A stretch of DNA of 64,000 nucleotides. It comes from Vicugna vicugna. Taxonomy: Eukaryota. The notes below the pieces were generated by a model. It did not search any database. It was not told the DNA's origin and saw nothing but the letters and a program-made list of their open reading frames with translations. The position numbers and the translations under genes are program-made. Below are positions 54,570 to 64,000 of the stretch, piece by piece (within the stretch, counting starts at the first letter, position 1; the number at the start of each line of letters is the position of its first letter). The stretch spans positions 124,001 to 188,000 of the forward strand of contig PNXW01004639.1 of assembly GCA_013265495.1 (NCBI GenBank), read 5' to 3'.

Positions 54570-55500
54570 AAAGGAAAGAGGACAGGGCTCTTGCTTTAGA
54601 AGGATGCCGAGTGTTGACTGGCTAGTGGGAGGGAGGGCTGGAGTTACAGTACATATAATAAATCTTGGTTATAGTAAATATTGGTGCAGGCAAGAATCAT
54701 CAATTGATGCTAAAACCAGGGGGACAGATACTGATAAGGAGCAAAATATTTATATGATCCTAAGTTGTCCCCCTAGAATGTTTACTACCTGCCAGGTAAA
54801 GAAATCAGCATGGTGACAGGGTGATAGAGATGTAGACAGACATCGTGTGCCTCTTGATTTGACACCTTGAGAAGAATGTCAGATCGCAATGTCCCTTACG
54901 TAGTGTTCTGGCTAGGAACTGGAATACGTAACCTAAATTGAGGCACGAAGAAATATTGAACAAACTTAAAGCGAGGCACATTCTCTTCTGGTTTCTGAAA
55001 GGTGGGAGAGGATTGTATCCTGCATAAATGCTAATGTATAAAAGACAAAGGAAGGCTTTAGAAATGTTCCAAATTAAATGAGTCTCAAAAAACCTGACGA
55101 CTAAGTACAATACTTTCCCCTAGATGACATTCTATGCTAGAGGAAAAGCTAGTTCAATACAAGACATTATTGGGTCAATGGACCAAAATGGGACGTGGAT
55201 GACAGATAAACAAAAGTATGAACTTTATGTTAAATTTACTGAGGACGATAACGGCACAGTTGTTATGTGAGAATGTGTATTTTTCCTTAGGAAATAGGTG
55301 TTTAGTGACAAAGGACCAAGAGCGCTGCAGCTTACTCCCAGATGTTGAGGGGAAGTGAGTCCAAAGATAAAGCAAATGGAGCAAACTATTAAAATCAAAG
55401 AACCTGGGCAAAGGGAACCTTGTTGTTCCTTGGATATGCTTATTTTTCCACCTTTGCTGTAAGTTTGAAATTATTTCCAAATTTTAAAAAATTTAGTATT
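54570..55500 (+). mobile_element. L1MC-like 3'UTR fragment
   Basis: 'agacattattgggtcaatggac...tttgctgtaagtttgaaattatttccaaa'. Confidence 0.65.
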
Positions 55501-55509
55501 TAAAAAAAT

Positions 55510-56500
55510 TTAAAGATACATACAGCACCTTGAAAGATGCTGTAAGGTTCGTCCCCAGGAGGCCAGGTAAGAAGGTGGAAAGCCACATTGCTGTAGGTCA
55601 CTGGTTTCAGTGAGGAGGACCGGGTCTCAGAGAGGAAGGACAAAGTGGCAGCACTTGGCTGCTAGAAACAAGGTGCTCCTGACACCAGGAGTAGGCGGCA
55701 GGGACAGAGGGGGAATCGGAATAATTTGCCCCTTTTTTAGTAGCTGCTAATTTACCATAGGATCTCTTAGACTAAAATGGTTGCACAGACAACTAGTGTC
55801 CAACTTGGTTGAATAAACTCACAAATCCTAGTGTTGTAAGTGAGCAAAAGCCTGACTTTGACATCCTAAAGGAGCAGAAGAGCATCTGCTCCCATTCTTA
55901 GACCTCAAGCGCTTCTCAAGACCGAGAGTGAAAGGAAATAAAGGGTAGGACGGATTCCCTGTAGGAGGGCCCTTCTGAGGCTAAATCTTCTTTCCAGTCT
56001 TTCCCAAAAGGAACAGGGCCAGTGCCAAGGGACTGGAATGGGAACTTCCCAGAACTTCCAGGTCTGAGCTGGGATTAACATGGGGGTTGTAAGGGTCCTG
56101 TTATATTGCACCTCTGTCTTCCCTTCCTGAGTTCAGGACCATTTGAGATTTCGACAAAGGAGATTTAAATATATTTTTCTACTAATAAATGTATTGGAAA
56201 CTTTTTGTCAGACGTGGTCAAGCATGTTAGGTAAGAGATTAGTCACCCCAGGCCCCCACCACGGACCCGACCAGATCCTTACATCTGAGCTCAGCAGAGC
56301 CTCCGCTCGCACACGTGTTATGACAGTTGCCTGATGAGCACCCCCACTGGCGGCCAAGACCACCGTTGTCATAAAGTCTGAGACTAAACTGAACTGACTG
56401 TTCCAGGACCTGCTTGGCCATTTGACCCTTTATCTACCAGTCACTGACTGAGTGGATAAACTGTAAGGACATGGCATCTGAACCATCTGAATGGTTCACC
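55510..56500 (+). mobile_element. Probable degraded ERVL/MaLR internal sequence (possibly continuing the similar stretch at 53600-54330)
   Basis: Phrases resemble ERVL gag/pro remnants; no intact ORF. Confidence 0.35.
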
Positions 56501-57144
56501 AAAGTCAAAAAAAAAACCAAAAAAAAAGTGTAGAGTTGCTATTAAGGGAACAAATAAGCAATACTTACCTAAGGAAGGTTTCAAATTCTATTTGATTCTC
56601 AGACCTGGGAATCGATGAGGAGCTATGAGTCATGTCAGAAATATAAAAGGATTACTGATAATGCAAACATTTTCTTCAACCCAACAGCTGTGTGGCGAAA
56701 TTTTCCATAATAATGAAATTACTGCATTTAATTACATAAAGAGTGGTAAAGTCACCTTCATTTTATCTCAGTAATGAAGCTTTGATTCTGAAGGTAATCC
56801 TGGCCCTTCTCTGTCAAGGCCAGTGTGTGAGCAACACTGGATTCCACTCCATCTTAGCCATCCTGAGAGGATAAAACAAGAACAACTTTTCACATCCATT
56901 ATGGAGATGAAAACTATTACTTTAGGGCATATTGTCTTTAATACATTTTAAAATCGCTAGACAGACAGACGTCCAAAAAGAAGCAGCATGAACGTACAGC
57001 ATTTCATCCCTAGAGACAGGTATCCAGCAGGAGTTCTATTAATAAGAAAGGGAAATGACCTTGAATAGACAGTGACCTTGAATAGACTAGGGTCTTCCTC
57101 CCTGGAGAGGCTCACTCTGCAAATTGGTCTGAGTTCCAGCTAAA

Positions 57145-57175
57145 GTGTGTGTGTGTGTGTGTGTGTGTGGTGTGT
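57145..57175. repeat. (GT)n microsatellite
   Basis: Read directly from the sequence. Confidence 0.9.
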
Positions 57176-57189
57176 ATTTAAAAATAAAT

Positions 57190-57378
57190 ATGGGTCTGCA
57201 AACATTCTTCTGTAAAAGGCCATGTGGTAATTATTTTAGGCTTTGCAGGCCCAATAATCTCTGTCACATGTTCTTCTGTATTACATTTAAAACTCTAAAA
57301 ACATGAAAAACATTCTTCGTGTGTGAGGCATACGAAAACAGACCAGGGCCAGATTGGACCCTAGTGTGCTGACCCCCG
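57190..57378 (+). mobile_element. MER58-family hAT MITE
   Basis: 'gggtctgcaaacattcttctgtaaaaggcca...attttaggctttgcaggcc...gctgacccc'. Confidence 0.75.
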
Positions 57379-57715
57379 ATTAGACACATGATGTGTCTGG
57401 TTTGATTGTCATTCATTCAGAGAGTCAACAAAACTTTTTTGGACATTTAATACAATCACTCGTCCAGTGGAGCCTGGAGGACCCAGCCGTGTAGGGTGTG
57501 TCCCCTGGAAGAGCTCGTAATCTAGTAGGCTGCTCAAGATAAAGACCGAATTGAAGCCCGCCCTTCATTTTCCCTAAATGAATATCCTGAAATGATTTTT
57601 TTTTGCAACTTTAGAATATAAATTTTACAGATAAAAAAGTTACTTATTAACTTCTTCAGTAAACTGGGAAAACCACACACAAACGTGAGGTGTTTACGTC
57701 TTAGCCACGAGGAGT

Positions 57716-58257
57716 GTAGGGCGTCAGAGCAGGGGCAGAGGCACAGGGCAGGCCTCCCCTAACATGCCAGGTGGTGCACTGACTGCCTGGCGCGGTGGGC
57801 GGCTGGACAGCAAATGCAGGGAGAGGCCTTCTCTGCCCTCCCTTTGCCTGAAGACAGAGCCTCCAACAGGAGCCAGTTGTCATAAACCTCCCCCCGTTAA
57901 GGGGTCTCATCAACCAGAGAGGACTGGGTCTGGTCAGGCGAGGAGACCAGAAGTCAACAGCCCCCAACCCCGACACACTCTGTCACAAATGAGCACACCT
58001 TCCCTCCATTCTTCTCAGGACCCATTCATCCTCCTAAGCTCACGTCCTCTCCCCTAAGAGGCCCACACTGCCCCGGGGAGTTCTAAGCCTCCTCTAGGAG
58101 CCGCTCGTTTTTCCCTGGGCATCTTCCATGTGCACATTGAGGTCTGCGTGTTAATCAGATGCCTGTGTGTTTTTCTCTTGTTAATTTGTCTTTTGTCACA
58201 GGGGTTTCGGCTAAGAACTCAGAAGGGTAAGGGAAAAATAACTTTGCCCCCCCGACA
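57716..58257 (+). mobile_element. MER34-like ERV1 solo LTR
   Basis: TG...CA ends; 'ttttctcttgttaatttgtcttttgtcacagggg...aagggtaagggaaaaata...cccccgaca'. Confidence 0.75.
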
Positions 58258-58899
58258 CAGCCAAAACATGTGAACAAATGTCCTAAAATACTGACACCAT
58301 TGCTGGTCCTGGTGCCAAATTCTTACTAATTTCTTGTCTAAAAAGACAAATAAATACACATGTATATGTACTTATACTAAGGCCTAATAGCCCAAATTTA
58401 GAAAGCCAGAGAGTCAGTAATTTTAATAACAGTAGTTGTCAAAGAAAAAAATTCATATGCCGAACATAATAAAACCCAAGATGGACCGCTGTATGTAAAT
58501 GGAATCCAATTCTTCATGTAAGAGATTAACAGCTTGTTACTGAGATCGCAGTATTTTTTTAAGGGATTTCTTAAAAAACATGACGGGAAACCGACATTCC
58601 CAAGGGAAAAAAGAAAGCATTTCATCTGAATCAATCTGAATGGGTCAGTGTTTGGAAGAGTATTTTAGCCTGATGTGAAAAGTCTATCAGCGTCACCCAG
58701 GCACCTTTGTTTACATTTGAGAGTCGTCCTCAGTCCACGGAGGCCGCCAGAGGACCATTTAGTGGCTTGTTCTTTTCCTTCTTTTTCATGTTGCCCCAAG
58801 AGGCGCACTGAGCAGCCCTTCTCAGCAAAACAACAAGAAATAACCACCCAGGCATTTCTGAAAAAGAACAAAACGCCCTTTGGAAAGCTGAAATTATAT

Positions 58900-59270
58900 T
58901 CGGGAACTGTGTGTTCCGTCTTTAAATGTCATCAGCAAAATCGTCGCTCTCTTAGAAATGCGTCTTTGTGATAAGTGAGCTCGCTTTCTGTGGAGGAGGC
59001 CCCCGGAGAAGGTTTCCGTTGCCAGCGTTTTCTGTCCTCGGACCGCGGGACTTAGAGCCTGCGGACGCTGCGCTCGGCTATGCTGAGCGGCACGGAAATG
59101 TCCCTGGCTTGGCGGAACTTCTGAGCAGCTTTGGGAAGCAGCGTCCCGCCAGCTCCCAGCGGGGTGCCCCAGAATGTTTGGGGGACCCTAGTCCTCTACA
59201 GACGCGCATTAGAAGTTGGTGGCCAAGTTTCTCAGCTCTGCTTTCCTGGTGCTTTTGAGCTGAGGGCGTT
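58900..59270. promoter_or_regulatory. Small GC/CpG-rich patch (possible promoter or enhancer)
   Basis: Dense CpGs in non-repeat DNA and an ETS-like cggaaat. Confidence 0.45.
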
Positions 59271-61529
59271 TGGGGCTGTTTTGTGATTCTAGACCCCATA
59301 AAAAGGCTAGGGACAAAAGCTGCAAGTGTTTGTCATACAATCTGCTGAGAATAACATGGCTTGATAGGTAAGCTCCAAAAACGTGCACGGTTTGAATGAT
59401 TTGCCAGGGGAAGCAGCCTGGGGTGACTGGAAAGATGGTGGCTTTCAAGTCAGAAGGTCTGGTTTAAAGCTCAGTGCTGTCACTTGTCACCTCTGTGACC
59501 TTGTGGGTTGGTTCTTAATTAACCTGCCTGATCCTCTCTCTCCTCATCTGCCTAATGGAGATGATGCCGAGGCTTGCATTCATTCTCTGTTTACTGAGTC
59601 AGGAATTGTGTGTCAGGCCCTAAACTAGAGACCAAAACACACAGGAAGACGGCCACCGCCCTGCCTTCTGGGAAACTGTAATCCATCTGCACATACTGGC
59701 GATGCTCCTAAAAAGAAAGATGCAGTGTCAGAGGTGGGTAGCCATAACCAATTCCTTTTCTGGTAATTGATAATAAAGGTCATGACTCAACACCGGGCTG
59801 ATCCAAAGAAAAACACATGCATACCCCAGATTAGAGTTTTCTTGCACTATATGAAGTCCCTCAGATAAAGCATGTTTCTAGGAGGTGACAGAGAAATTAA
59901 CTTGGGTCCTCCTGCGGGAGTCTGATCAGTCGTTTTAGCGTGGCTCCTGACTGCACTGGTGTAAAGCCACAGTGAGACACAAGCATCTGGGCAGTGAAAT
60001 TTCAATGTGAATTAAAAAGCCCAATGCCGTATTTCAAGTGTGCATCACATTAGATGGCTTTTGGAATATATTTTTAAAAACTCCAGGAAGAAGTTTAACA
60101 AAACTTAGTAATCCTACACCAAACATGTTTTTTTAAATAATTCTACCGAACAATAAAACGATACTGTTTATCTCTTAAAGCCATGTAGAGCTGAGATATT
60201 CCAAAGTCCTAATTTAAATCTTATAGATTATTTTTCAAAAAATATAAATAATAAAAAAATAATATGAATCTATTATAAAAACTAATATCTGTTATCAAAA
60301 CCTTATGCTTTAAAAAGTATCATAGAATTTCAGAATTGAATTTGATCCTAAAAATAGCTTTCAGATAAGGAAATAAAAGAAAGAACAGAGAAGCGAAATT
60401 TTTCTGCTTAAGTTCCCATAGCTTTTTTAATGGCAAACTTGGGATCTGAGCACGAATGCACGTTAATTTATGTATTCCTTCTAAGGAAGATTTCTTTTAG
60501 TTTATAAATAAATAACATAATATAAAAAAAGAATATGAAAATAGTGCACACGTGAAATAAATGCCTGAAAAGTATTGTCTTTAGTGAAGGATAATAGTAA
60601 AATATTACTTCATCTGTGTAACAATCTTCAGTCATCTATTCCTTGATTTAATACTTTTCTCTGCATAACTACTCAGGAGTCATCTCTGTACACACAAGAA
60701 TAGGTGAGACACACCCCTGCCGTAGAAGGAGCTAGGCACACAGTGAGGTCATAGAAAAGGTCATCTATGAGGACGTCAGTACCTTTAAAGGCAGCTCCAG
60801 GGTCTGAGCAGGAGCACCACCCATGAACCGTGCTCTGCTCTCTACCTGCAGACGCTCCGGACAAGGAAGCACTGGGATTCCCTGGGGAGCGGCTGCACGG
60901 AACTGGTGAGGTTGGATAAGTTGAGCCTGGGCTGATAGGAAAAGGTGAACTGGGTCAATTCCAGGATGGCAGCCTTGATTTCCTTGCCCATAAAAGGATA
61001 TCAATACCCATCTCATAGGGTGGTTATGAAGAATAAAATAGAGGGACATCACTATGGCAGCGTTAATAAAATACTTATAGTGATTCTAACGCAGTGAAAT
61101 CCCTCACCAAGAATTCAGGTAGAAGGTGACTGGCGATGGGAACGTATCCTCCACGGCAGGCTTCCCCAAGTTCGTCTCGCTAGCTTCCCTCCGATGAGGA
61201 TAACCATTCCTCGCCCCCCGTGCCCTCCACCCCGCGGCCTCATGTTTCATGGCTGAATTTTTTGATCCATGTATAGCATGATGGTGGGGTTTTATTTTAC
61301 TACTAAAAACTATTTACCAATTGTTTATATTATTCCACACCCTCTCTTCATTGATCCTCACAACCCTAGGAGAAGGGAGAACTCTTACCCTCTCTTAGTG
61401 GACTTAGGTTAGACCATTTGCCCAAAGTCACAAGGCTCCGTGAGTGAGTACTGGGATTCTGACTCCACCAGTCTGATTCAGAGGCTGGTGAACAAAGGCC
61501 CCGTGGCTGGAAGCACTCCCTCACCTACT

Positions 61530-62420
61530 ATTGTCAAACACCGAGTGGTTGCATATTAGCTTTTCGTGCCGACTGGATGACATTTCTTAATGAATCTGAC
61601 ATAAAATTACAAGGTAAAACTGTGCTCATATGCAGAACTTACTCTGCAGTAAAGTCATTGCTATGATGACTAACGCTGTTTGAAACAAAATAAAGCTCCC
61701 TTCCACCTGCCGTATACTATTCAAAGTTAAAAAAGCAAGTGAGATCTCCATTCCCACACGTATTTGCAGTGCTAGATAGAGTTCCAAGTTCAAACTCCAT
61801 AGTTCTAATGGCTTTTTTCAGACCTTAATCAAAATACAAGGAAAAAAAACCCTCCATATTTCAAAATCCAATTAACGGTGCAATGGAGGAGCTCCCACCT
61901 AATCTTCCTCTGAAAATTACTAATATGTAATATAATGGTGCGCTAAAATCAAATATCAAGAGAAAAATATAATAGAATTCTTTATGCCTGCCAACCGATA
62001 AATATGCTCAATTAAAATTATATGCCCCTCTGTTGACATGTGTTTGGTGATACCTATCTGTGTGAAAAGACATTTTCGAAGATAAAATACTCAAAAATCT
62101 CATTTGGGGTCAACATTAACAGATGCATCGGCAGTTGATTCCGACCATAGTGAGAACATTAAGTTTGAACATCAGTTATGTAAAATGCTACCTCCCCCAA
62201 AAGAGAATTCCATTCTTCTCATTAGTAGTCATGTATTTTTAAAAACAAACTCAATTATATCATTGTTATATTTTGAATTTCATCCATAAAAATTTGTGCG
62301 AATTTGCCTTCTCTTTTGTCATACCTGCACCTATGTAATGTTCCCAACACTGCCTCATAGTTGGCAAAGACTGAAGTATTTACTATCGGGCCCTTTACAG
62401 AAAAGGGTTACCGACCCCTA
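61530..62420 (+). mobile_element. hAT-Charlie DNA transposon remnant with a degraded transposase C-terminus
   Basis: ~62043-62128 translates to FGDTYLCEKTFSKIKYSKSHLGSTLTD (hAT dimerisation motif). An upstream '...LNE..KLQGK' motif and a MER58-like terminus 'gccctttacagaaaag...ccgacccct' are also present. Confidence 0.85.
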
Positions 62421-64000
62421 TGCTAATTCCCACAAACGTTGACTTCATATAATTTCTCTAAGTTGTCTGCTCTCTTTAACTAGACAGCAGTTCCCACTCC
62501 TAGTTCACTTGCTTCCAAAAGCTGTAGGTAAAAATTGCGGGGTATACAACACTGTTGATGAGCTTTCCATCTTTTTCTAAAAAGGTTTCACCCTGCTGAT
62601 CCATCTCTTCCATCCCCTGCTCTATGTCGCCTCTACAGATGCCCACCGTGTTCCTGCCACTCACTCGTTGTCCACCGCTCCCGTCCCCACCAAAGCCTTT
62701 CCTCAGACTCCAGATTTTCCCTTCTCTTTTCCTGACTCTCACAAATCTTACTTTTGGGTGCTTAGCTGTCCTCAGTCTTCACCGTTCTGGGTAGGCAGGG
62801 TTTGGGATCCCCAGAGTGTGAGGTCTTGGCTTCCCCTAATCGCTCTGCTCTCTCCTAGAAGCTCCCGGGCTGGGTGAGTGAACCTGTCGATACAGTGCCA
62901 TGTTTTATTCCAAGTCAAAGTAACAACTGTTCATGAGCAGGTGAGCTGTGGACAGCTAGCTCCCACAGTCCGAGGAGGGGAGGCTGTGGATGGAGGCAAC
63001 GTGTACGGCAAAGGTTATGAAAAGCATCAACAAGACGCATCCCAGCCTCCACAGCCGTGGCCCAGGGAAGCTGCTGAGAGGCAGTGCTGGGGGCCCCAGG
63101 AGGATGGGGGGACTGTGGCCATTTCTCCCGGACCGACTCCTGACGTGTTCCCACTCAGGCTAGCTCCAGAGAATCATTACCCCTTCCGGTCCCCTGGTGT
63201 CCTGCTGGGCGAGTGACAGGAAGCAAACTGCAGGAGAGGGGAGGCCCAGTCATCTTCTGAGTAAAGACATTTACCCTAATAGTAAATTAATCTGCGAAAA
63301 TAAACTAATCTGCCTAGGGTTATTTTTTAAGGGAAATATTTATGCACAAATGGATGTCTGATTGGTAGCCTGTGTGAGGGAATCTATTTCTGAACGGCAT
63401 CTCCACCCCCTAGAGTGTTTCCTGCTAAGTCAGAGTGTGGGGAGCCCTTCACAGAGCCACTGTGTGACGTGTAACATCCTTGTCTATGGAGAAACTTCTG
63501 TTTTACAAGATACTAAACAGGGGCTTGAAGAATCAGAATGTGAGAGGAGTGGGAAGTTTAATTGTCAGTAAGTGTTTAAATGTGGTACAATGAAAAGAAA
63601 TGACTAGATATTCTTACTAATGGAGAAATAGTACAAAAATAAATAAGCTTAAATCACAAGAAATTGACATACAGAATAAAGATTAATTTTCCTAATGTCA
63701 AAGCAAGAATTTCCAAACTTTTAAAGTCATATAGATTGACCGTCTTCACTTACCTCTTCCGATTCATAAACTGTTTTCTCTGCAGTCTTCTGTTAGTGTA
63801 CAAACCACGTGCTTGTGGACGGATAATAATAGCATGTGATATAATGCAGTTGCCAACGCAATGCTCAGTGAATTACATTCCCATGATCAGAATCAGTGGT
63901 AAACGGAGCTGGTCTGCTTTACCCCAGAATATCATCAACACTTATGCTCGGATTTACATACTCATAGTCAGCCTGAGCCCCTTCTTGTGGTCTGTCTTGA

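Overview
This is mammalian genomic DNA, most likely camelid (alpaca/llama/camel), inferred from five copies of a short tRNA-derived vic-1-like SINE. It looks intergenic or deep intronic. I cannot support any protein-coding gene: the listed ORFs are chance frames or L1/LTR/hAT remnants. The window is a mosaic of L1 3' fragments (one 5'-inverted, two nested), MaLR/ERV LTRs, hAT-Charlie/MER58 remnants, MIRs and microsatellites. Between them lie repeat-free blocks that look like conserved non-coding elements, two CTCF-like motifs and two small CpG-rich patches. The main anomaly is a ~1.4 kb AT-rich, repeat-free segment (~31030-32460) that lacks the usual CpG depletion. It could be a foreign or viral-derived insert, a hypomethylated element, or an artefact; only a homology search can decide. 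Repeat family names come from remembered consensus sequences and boundaries are approximate.
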